Shown: positions 52,249 to 62,100 of the stretch, piece by piece
How the letters are laid out: every line of letters starts with the position of its first letter
Position numbering within the stretch: the stretch's first letter is position 1
Assembly (NCBI GenBank): GCA_947626275.1
Contig: CANQRL010000009.1
Coordinates: 7,232 to 71,231 of the forward strand
From: an uncultured Bacilli bacterium
GTDB taxonomy: Bacteria > Bacillota_I > Bacilli_A > RF39 > UBA660
Length of the DNA: 64,000 nt
Direction: 5' to 3'
Made by a program: the position numbers and the translations under genes
Notes under the pieces: model-generated
The model's input: the letters and a program-made list of their open reading frames with translations, nothing else
Database searches by the model: none
What the model was told of the DNA's origin: nothing

Positions 52249-52280
52249 AAAAGACTTCAAGAATGAAGTCTCTTTTTTTG
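52249..52280. terminator. bidirectional terminator between spoIVA and ponA
   Basis: AGACTTCA-AGAA-TGAAGTCT hairpin flanked by A5 and T8 tracts. Confidence 0.7.
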
Positions 52281-52281
52281 A

Positions 52282-55104
52282 TTAATTCTCCGGAATAGTA
52301 GGTTCAGGAGTAGGGATGATAGAAGAACTGTTTACTGTTGCTTGAATACTTGAACCCTTACTCATGTTATTTTTGAATTTCGAGTAGCATGCCTTTACAA
52401 TTAATGTAACATCGCCATATTGTCCAGAAACAACATAGTTTGTATTTTCTGTCCAATCGAGTAAAGTTAATCCCTCACTGGTTTGAACATAGATATTGTA
52501 ACCTAAAGTACCTAGCGTACTTACGTTTTCTTTATAAACCTTATTGACATAAGAGTTTAAAGCACTATCTGTATTAAAGGCACTTTGATTTAACTTTTTA
52601 ATAACATCTTTATTTAACGCATCTGGAGTGGCAATTGGATTCCATGAAAGGGAAATCGAACCATCCAAATTAGAAGTAGCTTGTAGGTTAGATACGTCTG
52701 CTAGTTGGGCAAATCTAGTAGAAGTGGTAGCAGGTTCTGTACCCGCTACAAAGTATTCTTCTTTAATATATTTCTTTGGTGTATATTCGCTTGGAAGTTG
52801 TAGCGTAGCATATCCCGTTTCAATTTTTACTTTGGTTACCGTATCTGGCATCTTCCAATCGGTTTTATCCTTGAAAATTCCTTTTGCGACAGCTTGGAAT
52901 AATCTTGTATGTTGCATACTAGCTAGTAAGTTGTATCCATCTTTAATAGAAGGGTATCCATACCACATACCAATCGCATATTGAGTATTATAACCGCAAA
53001 CCCAATAGTGACCAACTGCTTTTGCTGGAAGTTTCCATTTCTTTTTCGTTTCTGCATCAAAGTTCGCTGTACCAGTTTTACCAGCATAAGGAACTCCATT
53101 AATATTTTTGTATTTTCCAGAGTCGATACCATAAGCAGCGGCATCTTGTAGCATATTGGTAATGAGATAAGCGGTAGAATCGTTCATGACTTGTTTTGTT
53201 TCCTTTGAATTTGTAATGACTTCTGAAGTATCTCCCATTACAATCTTAGTAACGGAATAAGGTTCGGTATAATAACCACCATTCGCAAAAGCGGAATAAG
53301 CAGCAGCCATGGAAAGAGGTGTTTCTCCTTCGTAACCACCAATAGCATGTGCTTCATGGAAGTTATTTTCTGGATGAAGTCCTAACTTTTGAACGAATGA
53401 TTTAATATCTCCCTTGCTTAATTTTTGGAATGTTTTTAAAGCTGGGATATTTCGTGATAATTTTAATTGTTCTCGAATGGTATCATATCCTCTAAAGGTA
53501 CCATCGGCATTGTTGATGGAAGTACCATCACTATAGGTTATTTTTTCATCGGCAATCGCCGTTGCTGGGGACCAGTTTTCAAATTCAATGGCAGGACCGT
53601 AGTCATAAAGTGGTTTAGCAGTAGAACCGATTTGTCTTAAGTAGTTTTCATCTGTTGCCCAGTTAATGTTTCCATCTACGGAAGTATCTCTATTTCCTCC
53701 AACGGCAACAAGTGCGCCTGTTTTTACATCGACAACGGCAATTCCTGCTTGAACTTTACTATTTTCCCATTTATAGCTTTTTCCGGTCATGATTTTTCCA
53801 ACGTGATATTGGAGGGTTTTATCAAAGGTTGTATAAATTTTCATGGAAGTTAATCGTGGATTTTGACCAGTTAGCTCTTTGACTTCTTCTACGACAGTAT
53901 CAACAGCAGAACGAATCTCTCCATCCATCGGATCAGCATTGGAAGTAATTCCGGTTCCCGTTACAATTTTATCAACCGTTAATTTCTTAGCAATTTCATA
54001 TTCTTTTTCAGTAATATAACCATGTCTTTTTAATAGTCCAAGGACCGTCATTCTTCTATTTTCAGCAGCTTCTGGGTGGAAAAATGGATCATATCCAGAA
54101 GGGGCTTGATACATTCCTGCTAAAAGTGCAGCCTCTGAGATATTGATATCTTTGGCACTTTTTCCAAAATACATTTGGGCAGCAGCTTCTAGTCCATAAG
54201 TAGAACCCATCTGGTTACTATTGATATAAAATTCAATGATTTCTTCTTTGGTATAAGTAGGCTCAATTTTGAACATCGCTACATAAATATCTTGAAATTT
54301 ACGAATAATTCCTTCAATTCCTTCGTCTTCTTTAGAAGTATAGGTGTTTTTCGAAAGCTGCATAGTAAGAGTAGAGGCACCTCCACCTTCTCTTCCTCGA
54401 GTTAATACTTGCGTAACCGAAGCAACTAAGAATCTTTGAAGGTCAAATCCATTATGTTGGAAGAATTTCGCATCTTCCGTAGCTACCAAGGCATTGATAT
54501 AAACTTCTGGAATTTCATCATAAGTAATGATATCTCTTTTTTCTAGTCCAACCGTTGCCATTAAGGAACCGTCTCGCCAGTAGAGAGTGGTAGGAGATAC
54601 GGAATATAATTTCTCTGGATTAAAGTCAGGAGAATTTTCAACGATATAAGAGCAAAAAGCAACGACTCCTACAACTCCTGCCATAAAACATAGGCAGCAG
54701 AAAATTAAGAAACATTGGAAAATTCGAAGAGCAATATGTCTTTTCTTCTTTTCCTTTTTTGGCTTTTCTTTTGTTTTCCCCTTTTTCTTCATTTCTTCTT
54801 CATCTCCTACTACGATTACTTCATCATCTTTTTTGTATTCATGGACGATTGCGACATCCTTTTTAGGAAGTTCTACTTTCTTTTCTTCTTTTTTCGCTTT
54901 TTCTTTTTCTTTCTTTAGATTATGGATAACCCGAGTCGCAATGGTTTTAATTTCTACACGGAAGAAGATGACATCTAAGATAAGGACTAGAAGAAAAGTT
55001 GGCAAGAACCCAATTGCTAAGGTTCCTACAATAAGCACTAATACACTCATGATGATAACAACTAAGGATGTTGGATTTTTAAGCTTTCTCATTTTTGGTT
55101 TCAT
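52282..55104 (-). CDS. ponA: class A penicillin-binding protein 1A (glycosyltransferase plus transpeptidase) with C-terminal FN3-like extension
   Basis: GT51 motifs (EDAKFFQHNGFD, RGGSTLTMQL). TP motifs (STAKP, SRN, KTGT). RBS AGAGGTGA. The N-terminal region is unusual (see findings). Confidence 0.9.
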   Translation of the reverse strand: MKPKMRKLKNPTSLVVIIMSVLVLIVGTLAIGFLPTFLLVLILDVIFFRVEIKTIATRVIHNLKKEKEKAKKEEKKVELPKKDVAIVHEYKKDDEVIVVGDEEEMKKKGKTKEKPKKEKKKRHIALRIFQCFLIFCCLCFMAGVVGVVAFCSYIVENSPDFNPEKLYSVSPTTLYWRDGSLMATVGLEKRDIITYDEIPEVYINALVATEDAKFFQHNGFDLQRFLVASVTQVLTRGREGGGASTLTMQLSKNTYTSKEDEGIEGIIRKFQDIYVAMFKIEPTYTKEEIIEFYINSNQMGSTYGLEAAAQMYFGKSAKDINISEAALLAGMYQAPSGYDPFFHPEAAENRRMTVLGLLKRHGYITEKEYEIAKKLTVDKIVTGTGITSNADPMDGEIRSAVDTVVEEVKELTGQNPRLTSMKIYTTFDKTLQYHVGKIMTGKSYKWENSKVQAGIAVVDVKTGALVAVGGNRDTSVDGNINWATDENYLRQIGSTAKPLYDYGPAIEFENWSPATAIADEKITYSDGTSINNADGTFRGYDTIREQLKLSRNIPALKTFQKLSKGDIKSFVQKLGLHPENNFHEAHAIGGYEGETPLSMAAAYSAFANGGYYTEPYSVTKIVMGDTSEVITNSKETKQVMNDSTAYLITNMLQDAAAYGIDSGKYKNINGVPYAGKTGTANFDAETKKKWKLPAKAVGHYWVCGYNTQYAIGMWYGYPSIKDGYNLLASMQHTRLFQAVAKGIFKDKTDWKMPDTVTKVKIETGYATLQLPSEYTPKKYIKEEYFVAGTEPATTSTRFAQLADVSNLQATSNLDGSISLSWNPIATPDALNKDVIKKLNQSAFNTDSALNSYVNKVYKENVSTLGTLGYNIYVQTSEGLTLLDWTENTNYVVSGQYGDVTLIVKACYSKFKNNMSKGSSIQATVNSSSIIPTPEPTIPEN

Positions 55105-55657
55105 TTTTCACCTCTATCAATTTTAAATAATCTAAGCGTGGGCGTAACCCAATCGGAATGAGTTTCCCATATTTTTGAAAATAACTTCTCGGAATCGATT
55201 TTCTTTTTTCACTATCGAGAAAGTGAAAAAAGGCATCTCCACTTAAAAAGTAAGTCTCTCCATAAGCGGTAAAACGTACGATAAGAAAACCAATTCCTCC
55301 ATGTTTTTGAATTCTTCGTAAGTGAGCAATCTGGTGTTCGTGGATATTCGATAGGGGAAAACTTGTCTTGTAAGAAGTCTCTTTGGCTTCAAAGTCAATA
55401 TATTTTCCCTGATAGATTCCATTATAATCCGTAGTAGATGGAATCGTAAATCTAGCATCGGTAATGACAGCATCTTTTCTCGAATGATAATCGACTTTAT
55501 GAATCGTAATCGGCGTTGGCTTTTTATAAATGATAGCGATATCACTATCCCGATAATACTCATTCGTGACATTCAAATCTTCTTCTAGGTTCATTCCTCT
55601 ATTTCCATAAGAGGGAAGCACTTTATAGACTTTTTGAATGCCATTTGGATATTTCAC
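55079..55657 (-). CDS. recU: Holliday-junction resolvase RecU
   Basis: KYPNG, RGMNLEEDLN, DYNGIYQGKYIDFEAKET, FPL.NIH.HQ motifs. GTG start at 55657 preceded by AGGTGAGG. Overlaps the ponA start by 26 bp, as in B. subtilis recU-ponA. Confidence 0.85.
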   Translation of the reverse strand: MKYPNGIQKVYKVLPSYGNRGMNLEEDLNVTNEYYRDSDIAIIYKKPTPITIHKVDYHSRKDAVITDARFTIPSTTDYNGIYQGKYIDFEAKETSYKTSFPLSNIHEHQIAHLRRIQKHGGIGFLIVRFTAYGETYFLSGDAFFHFLDSEKRKSIPRSYFQKYGKLIPIGLRPRLDYLKLIEVKNETKNEKA

Positions 55658-55767
55658 GTTCCTCACCTAGGAGTATTATACTATAAAATAAAAATTATTT
55701 CCACTCCTCACTAGTATTCGACAAATGTTCCGCATTCTTTATTCTATAGTGATATGGAGGTGAGAAA

Positions 55768-55881
55768 ATGGAACGAAAAAAGCATGTAGAAGAAATGTTT
55801 AATACCATGATTAACGACATTAGCTATATCAAATTAAATACTTATCAAATCGGTCAAAAGAAGGAGCAGGGGAATGTTTGA
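55768..55881 (+). CDS. small ORF (37 aa) with a strong RBS and its own terminator
   Basis: GGAGGTGAG 6 nt before the ATG. Followed by an AATGTTTG-A-CAAACATT hairpin and T8 tract at 55872-55900. Not in the ORF track because it is under 60 aa. Confidence 0.3.
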   Translation: MERKKHVEEMFNTMINDISYIKLNTYQIGQKKEQGNV

Positions 55882-55934
55882 CAAACATTCTTTTTTTTGA
55901 GATAATATGAGAGAAATAAAGAGAGGTGGATAGA

Positions 55935-56264
55935 ATGTATCAAGATAGAGTTGTGCTTACTAGTAAGGATATTCTAGAGAAAGATTTTAAAATTGATACA
56001 AGAGGTTATCGACCACAAGAAGTAGATCGTTTTCTCGATATGATTATTAAAGATTATGATGAAATGACAACGATTATCCGAGAATTAGAAGAAGATAAAA
56101 AAGAATTATTAGAAGATAATATTCGGTTAAAGAAGGAAGTTAGAAATCTTCGTACCAAATTAGATGTTATCTCAGAGAATGATTCTACTGGCGCTAGCGG
56201 AGCGAATGCCGATTTACTTCGAAGATTATCAAATCTAGAAAAAATAATATATGGAAAAGAATAA
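55935..56264 (+). CDS. gpsB: cell-cycle protein GpsB (DivIVA-domain)
   Basis: LTSKDILEKDFKIDTRGYRPQEVDRFLDMIIKDYD is a DivIVA/GpsB N-domain. ATG at 55935 follows AGAGAGGTGG; the track start at 55926 is GTG. Confidence 0.85.
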   Translation: MYQDRVVLTSKDILEKDFKIDTRGYRPQEVDRFLDMIIKDYDEMTTIIRELEEDKKELLEDNIRLKKEVRNLRTKLDVISENDSTGASGANADLLRRLSNLEKIIYGKE

Positions 56265-56615
56265 TATTTCGGGCAAACGCTGTATAGGATACTATATAGA
56301 GGAAAGTCCATGCTCGCACAGTCTGTAATGATTGTAGTGTTCGTGTAGGGGGAAAAAATAACCCCTAGTAGTTTTTACTAACGGCTCTGGAAAGACCTAA
56401 GTCTTCGGATATGGTCAAGTACAGTATAAAAGTGCTATAGCGACGATGCCCTGGAGAAATCTAGGGAGTGGAACGTAGTAAACCCCGCGAGCGAGAAACC
56501 CAAATTTTGGTAGGGGAGCTCTAACGAAGGAAACAAACGGAGTTAGGGACCAAGCAATTGGTAGATAAATGTTTGCCACCCTAGTGGTACAGAACATGGC
56601 TTATGAAGTGTTATT
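56261..56615 (+). ncRNA. rnpB: RNase P RNA, type B (Firmicute type)
   Basis: AGAGGAAAGUCCAUGCUCGCACAG, GUCUUCGGAUAUGG, GUGGAACGUAGUAAACCCCGCGAGCGAGAAACCCAAAUUUUGGUAGGGGAGC, ACAGAACAUGGCUUAUGAAG all match B. subtilis rnpB blocks. A P1 helix pairs 56261-56270 with 56605-56614. Same gpsB-rnpB neighbourhood as B. subtilis. Confidence 0.85.
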
Positions 56616-56638
56616 TGTTTTAGAATTGAGGTTTTCAA

Positions 56639-57136
56639 ATGAAAGAGATAGGAGAGAAGTTACAAGAAGCAAGAGTTAGTATGGGCATTTCCATTGAAGA
56701 AGCAGCAGAAGACTTAAAACTGAAGCCATCTCAATTAGAAAATATCGAAGCGGGTAATAGAGAGGCTTTTAAAGATATTTTTTATTTGAAATATTTTATT
56801 CGTGATTATGCAAAATATCTAGGCTTAGACTATGAAGAAATGGTGGAAGATTTTAACGAATTCGTTTTTGATTATACTTCCAAGATTTCCCTAGAAGATA
56901 TTAAGAAAGCAAATAAAAAGCATGAAAAGAAACAGGCGAAGAAAATTGCTTCTCCTTATACACTAGAAGAGAAGAAAAAAAATCCGATTGCTTTCTTTTT
57001 AATAGTTAGTTTTCTTATTTTACTCGTTTGTGTTGTGATTTTTTTAATCATTACCTTTGCTAAAAAAGGAGATAAAGATGACGAGGTAAATGGTATTAAC
57101 TCGAAGACCGATGTCTCTTATGTATTGGTGGGATAA
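56639..57136 (+). CDS. RodZ-like cytoskeleton protein (XRE-type HTH plus TM anchor)
   Basis: N-terminal HTH (LQEARVSMGISIEEAAEDLKLKPSQLENIE), a basic linker and a TM helix. Lies upstream of pgsA, as ymfM-pgsA in Bacillus. Confidence 0.7.
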   Translation: MKEIGEKLQEARVSMGISIEEAAEDLKLKPSQLENIEAGNREAFKDIFYLKYFIRDYAKYLGLDYEEMVEDFNEFVFDYTSKISLEDIKKANKKHEKKQAKKIASPYTLEEKKKNPIAFFLIVSFLILLVCVVIFLIITFAKKGDKDDEVNGINSKTDVSYVLVG

Positions 57137-57137
57137 T

Positions 57138-57764
57138 ATGCGGAAAAGAAATTTGAAAAGTAAAAACACAATTTGGAATTTACCAAATAAAATTACCATA
57201 GCAAGAATCATATTGTCTTTTGTCATTGTCATTATTTTGGTGCTTCCTTTTGATATGATGGGAATAGAGGTTCCGAAACTCTTCATATCAGAAAAAATAG
57301 TAGTGGATATCAAATATTTGGTTGCAGGAGTCCTATTTATAGTGGCATCCTTAACGGACTTTTTAGATGGACATATTGCGAGAAGTCGCAACCTTGTTAC
57401 CGATTTTGGAAAAATGATTGATGCGATAGCGGATAAGATGCTTGTCAATTCGGTATTGATTATTTTAGCGGCGACGGGATTTATCCATCCTATTATTCCC
57501 GTTATCATTGTGATGCGTGATAGTGTTGTCAATACCATTAAGATGATTGCTGGAAATAAGGGAAAAGTAGTGGCAGCTATTAAATCAGGAAAGTTAAAGA
57601 CAGCTTGTTTAATGACAGGAATTACGCTTACGCTATTCTATAATTTACCTTTTGAATTATTCAATTTAAGAGTAGCCGATTTTCTTCTTTTTATAGCGGC
57701 GATTCTATCATTAATATCTTGTTTCCAATATTACAATATGAATAAAGATTTGATTTTTGAATAA
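57138..57764 (+). CDS. pgsA: CDP-diacylglycerol--glycerol-3-phosphate 3-phosphatidyltransferase
   Basis: CDP-alcohol phosphatidyltransferase motif DFLDGHIARSRNLVTDFGKMIDAIADK. ATG at 57138 follows GGTGGG. Terminator at 57761-57790. Confidence 0.9.
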   Translation: MRKRNLKSKNTIWNLPNKITIARIILSFVIVIILVLPFDMMGIEVPKLFISEKIVVDIKYLVAGVLFIVASLTDFLDGHIARSRNLVTDFGKMIDAIADKMLVNSVLIILAATGFIHPIIPVIIVMRDSVVNTIKMIAGNKGKVVAAIKSGKLKTACLMTGITLTLFYNLPFELFNLRVADFLLFIAAILSLISCFQYYNMNKDLIFE

Positions 57765-57829
57765 GGTTTTCCTTATTCTTTTTTTGTTCTAAAGGAAAAA
57801 GGAATACATACTTATTAATAGGTGAGTGG

Positions 57830-58360
57830 ATGAAACTAGTTCCTTTTCTTTTTAGAACCCTTTTGACGATTATCATTAGTTTATGTGTTTTGATTATGAT
57901 AAAAATGAGCCCACGTTTTAAAGAACTTGTCTATCAAAAAGTCTATACCGAAAGTTTTCCTTTTTTAGAAGTAGGAACCTTGTATCAGAATCTGTTTGGG
58001 TCAACTTTTCCGTTTGATAAATATATCAAAACCAAACCCGCCTTTCAGGAAACATTAACTTATCAGAAGAAAGAACCCTATTTAGAAGGAGTACGTCTAA
58101 TGGTTGAAGATACGTATCCTGTCCCTGTTTTAAAAACCGGTTTGGTTATTTTTGTAGGAGAAAAAGAAGGGTATGGAAAAGTAGTGATTGTCGAACAATT
58201 AGATGGTATCCATTGTTGGTATGGTAATCTTTCTACTAGTACGGTAAAACTGTATGACTATGTAGAAGAAGGAAATCTTCTTGGGGTAGCAGAAAAAGAA
58301 CTATATTTGGTTTATAAAGAAGAGGGAGTATCGATTCCATATGAAGAATATCCTCTTTAA
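57830..58360 (+). CDS. SpoIVFA-like membrane protein with a degenerate M23/LytM domain
   Basis: N-terminal TM helix. C-terminal LytM-like fold (KTGLVIFVGEKEGYGKVVIVEQLDGIHCWYGNL) lacking the catalytic His residues. Immediately upstream of, and overlapping, the site-2 protease gene. Confidence 0.55.
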   Translation: MKLVPFLFRTLLTIIISLCVLIMIKMSPRFKELVYQKVYTESFPFLEVGTLYQNLFGSTFPFDKYIKTKPAFQETLTYQKKEPYLEGVRLMVEDTYPVPVLKTGLVIFVGEKEGYGKVVIVEQLDGIHCWYGNLSTSTVKLYDYVEEGNLLGVAEKELYLVYKEEGVSIPYEEYPL

Positions 58361-59066
58361 AGTTCGCTTTCATCCTCTTTTTTACCTTCTTTTAGTTCTT
58401 TCTATTTTAACGGCGCAGTTTCAAAAGGTAGTCGAATTTATGACTATCATTTTTGTTCATGAATTGGGTCATGTCTCAGTAGCTACTTTCTTCAGATGGA
58501 AAATCAAAAGAATTTTAATTTTACCGTTTGGGGGTATGGTAGAGTTTCAAGAGAAACTGAATCGTCCTATGTACCAAGAGTTTTTGATTACGCTAGGAGG
58601 TCCCTTATTTCAAATCCTCCTTTCCTTTTTTTGGAAAAGCTCTTATCATTTTCCCTTGCTCTTTTTTAATCTTCTTCCTATCTATCCCTTAGATGGATCA
58701 AAGTTTCTTTTTTTGCTTCTCAATTTTTTTACTAGCTATTATTGTAGTTATCTGATACTCTTTCTTTGTTCTTCCTTTACCATTTTTTTCCTTCTTTTGA
58801 AAGACCCTAATTTTTTCACCTTGCTTTTCTTTTCGTATCTACTTTATCAAAGCATTCATCTGTTAGGGTCTGTCCCTGAACTCTTTTTAAGGTTTTTATT
58901 TGAGCGATATCAAGAAGACTTTTTTTTCTACCGAAAGAAGAAAATTATAGGGCCTAAGTTTAAGAAAATGAAGAGAGATGTGAGACACTTTTTTGTGATA
59001 GAGAAAAAAACATATGAAGAGAGGGATGTTTTGGGGACTTTTCTCTTTCAAACATTGAAAAAGTAA
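58341..59066 (+). CDS. spoIVFB: site-2 (M50) intramembrane metalloprotease, SpoIVFB-like
   Basis: HELGH zinc site and NLLPIYPLDGSK (LDG) motif in a polytopic membrane protein. The N-terminus aligns to B. subtilis SpoIVFB (KIHVHPFLW vs KVRFHPLFY). The C-terminus is shorter than the Bacillus CBS domain. Confidence 0.8.
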   Translation: MKNILFKVRFHPLFYLLLVLSILTAQFQKVVEFMTIIFVHELGHVSVATFFRWKIKRILILPFGGMVEFQEKLNRPMYQEFLITLGGPLFQILLSFFWKSSYHFPLLFFNLLPIYPLDGSKFLFLLLNFFTSYYCSYLILFLCSSFTIFFLLLKDPNFFTLLFFSYLLYQSIHLLGSVPELFLRFLFERYQEDFFFYRKKKIIGPKFKKMKRDVRHFFVIEKKTYEERDVLGTFLFQTLKK

Positions 59067-59074
59067 GAAGGATA

Positions 59075-59083
59075 TGGTATAAT
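59075..59083 (+). promoter_or_regulatory. extended -10 (TGGTATAAT) upstream of the giant surface-protein gene
   Basis: TGGTATAAT lies 56 nt upstream of the ATG at 59139. Confidence 0.45.
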
Positions 59084-59138
59084 CGAACTTAAGTTGACGG
59101 GCAAATACTAGAGGATAAAATATTGTGGCGGTGAAGGA

Positions 59139-62100
59139 ATGAAGAAAAAAGAAAAAAATAATATAAAGAGGAGACAATGGACGATAAGAATTGCCGTAAT
59201 TGTAGGCATTCTTCTATTGCTCCTCCTTTTGTGTTTTTGTGGGCGAAAAGATTACGGTGTTTCTTTTCAAATTGGCGATAATGTCTATACCATGGTCAAT
59301 ATTCGTCATGGTGGGAAAGTGGAAGAACCAAAAGTTCCAACCAAAGAGGGTTATACTTTCCAAGGATGGTATTGGAATGATAAAAAATTCGACTTTAACT
59401 CTGAGATTACGAAAGATGTTATTTTAGAGGCTCGGTTTGAAGAAAATATTTATACGGTTACCGTGGATGACGGAAATGGAAATCAAATAGAATTACATGC
59501 AAAACATAAAGAGGCTATTTCAGAACCAAAAGTAGGAGAAAAAAGGGGATACTACTTTGCTGGATGGTACGTTGATGGGGAAGAATTCCATTTTGAAGAT
59601 GGTGTCACAAAAGATACTCAGGTAGAGGGAAAATGGGCTCTTAATGAGCATGCACTTTATCGGGTAGAACACTATTTACAAGAAAAAGATGGAACGTACC
59701 CTAAAACTTATAAAGATATCGAAATTTTAGACGGGAAAACCAATAGTACGGTTACTCCTGCTACGCACACGTATCGCGGATATCAAACACCAAGTAAGAA
59801 AAGCGTGAAAGTAGAATCTGACGGTACAACAATCGTAAAATACTATTATTCTCTTAAAATTTATACATTGGTAGTAGTAGGTGGAGCAGGAATTGATTCT
59901 GTAAGTGGAAGTGGAAAATACTACTACGGAGATGAAGTAAAGATTGGTTATACCTTAAAAGATGGCTATCACTTCAGTGGCTATAGTAGATCTTTAGATG
60001 GCGATATTTTTGCGATGCCAGATGAAAATGTTGGAATAGAGGTAATGGCAGAGGCTAATGCAGATACTCCTTACCGGGTAGAACATTATTTACAAAATAT
60101 AGATGAGAGCTATCCAGAAACTCCAGAAGAAATAGAGACGCTAAAGGGGAAAACTGACTCTCAAGTAAAACCTGATACCCATATTTATGAAGGCTTTACC
60201 GCTCCTCAAAAACGAGAGGTAGTAATTGATGGTAAGGGAACAACTGTTATAAAGTATTACTATACTAGAAATAAATACCACATTACTATTACAGGGGATA
60301 GAGGAATTGCCTCTCTTACTCAATCAGGTGACTTCTACTATGGTGATGAGATAAAAATAGAAGCGACTTTAAAAAGTGGATATGCTTTAAAAGAGTGGTC
60401 TACCAAAGAACAAACGCTTACTATTTCTTATCAGGTAAAAGATAACGATACAGTAACAGTCACAACGACTCCAATCAAATATACGATTACCTATGAATTA
60501 GAGGGAGGGGAAGGTGAAACTTCTTCTCAATATACGGTAGAAGACAAGGTTCAATTACCAACTCCGAAAAGGGGAGGATACACATTCCGTGGCTGGTATT
60601 TAGATCAAGACTATCAAAAAGGACCAGTGACAGAATTAGAAAATTCTGTTGGAAATCTTACCCTTTATGCAAAATGGGAAGCAAACCCTCATACAAAATA
60701 TTTAGTTAAACATTACTACATGAATGTTGCAGGAAATTATGACGGTGTTAAACCAGTGGAAGAAGAACAAGAAGGAAGAACAGGAGCAACTACTTCGATT
60801 ACCGACCGAAAAGTAAAAGAAGGATTTACTTTTGATTCCTCTAAATCAGATACTGAAAAAGAGATTTCTGGGGAAGAGGAAACGATTGTTTCTTACTACT
60901 ATGTTCGAGAAAAATATGATGTAAAAGTTCAAGCTTCTACAGGAATAGAAAAAGTAACAGGATCAGGAAGTTACTACTTTGAACAAGAAGTAGAAGTAAC
61001 AGCTGCTTTAAAGATGGGATATGAAAATCTTACTTGGGAAGGATCTGTTCAAGAAGTAGATGGCAAAACAATTCTTACTGTTCCAGTAGGTGGAATAACG
61101 GTTACCGCCAAAGCAACTCCAAAAGAGAATACTCCTTATACTGTAAAGCATCATTTTATGAATAAAGAAGGCGACGGATATTTAGAGCCAATCGTTGATT
61201 ATCAAATAGGAACGACTGACGAAACCATCAGAGTTTCTCCTCGCGAAGTAGACGGATTTAACGTTCCTGAAGAGCAATCTTTAACGATTACTGGTGATGG
61301 ACTGGCTTCTTTAGATTTTTATTATGAAAGAAATCAATATACCGTTACTATTACGACAGAAGAAGGCGTAACTAGTAAGATTTCTAGTATTACGGACTAC
61401 TTTGACAAGGAAATAGAAATTACTTTCGATAATCTATCTTTTAATCCAGGATATCGCTTTGTTTCTTGGGTAATTGACGGTGTGGAAACAACGGAAGAAG
61501 ATATCACATTATCTATTCCATCTCATCACGTCAATATTCTAGTCAAAGCAGAAAAGATACCTTATCAAGTAACTTTTAAAAACGATAATCCCCATCGAAA
61601 AAATAGTAAGCCTGTTACTTACTATTATGGAGATTCTATTACGGAACCTGAATTTGTAGATTGGGAACATCACGATTTCCAAGGTTGGTATTTAGAAAAT
61701 GTAGATGGCTCATTAGCGAGCGAGGCATGGAATTTTAAAGAAGATACTATGCCAGCTAGAAATATTACGTTGGTAGCGAAATGGAAAATCCATAAGGGAA
61801 CACTTAATTTCAATTTTGGATTTAAAGGTGTTTATCAACCATTTAAAAATGTCAACTATGATACGACGGTAGAAGAATTGCTTACAAGAGAAGGAAAATC
61901 TCTTGAAGACTATACTTCTCCAACTCATCAAGGATACAAATTCTTAGGATGGTATCCATCTAGAGATTTTGAAAAGGCAAAACCAATTGAGGATATTTTA
62001 CATTACACTATGCCAGACCCAGAAGAGATGGGAATGGAAGAACAAGGAATTACGCTATATGCGAATTGGAAACCTTACCGCTATCAAGTAGAATTTAATG

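Noticed and set aside
54715-55126. Two + strand ORFs (67 and 97 aa) rich in Phe/Ser
   Set aside because: Antisense to the low-complexity Lys/Glu-coding part of ponA; an artefact of the TTC/TTT repeats.
55717-55723. TTCGACA upstream of the small ORF / gpsB as a definite Spo0A box
   Set aside because: A 7-mer in 64 kb of AT-rich DNA is expected several times by chance. Kept only as part of the enrichment observation, not as a feature.
56415-56597. 60-aa minus-strand ORF
   Set aside because: Lies entirely inside the RNase P RNA gene.
57044-57538. 164-aa minus-strand ORF
   Set aside because: Antisense to pgsA and the rodZ-like gene, which carry clear conserved motifs.
59239-59427. 62-aa + strand ORF in the track
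   Set aside because: Out of frame, inside the giant repeat-protein ORF that starts at 59139.
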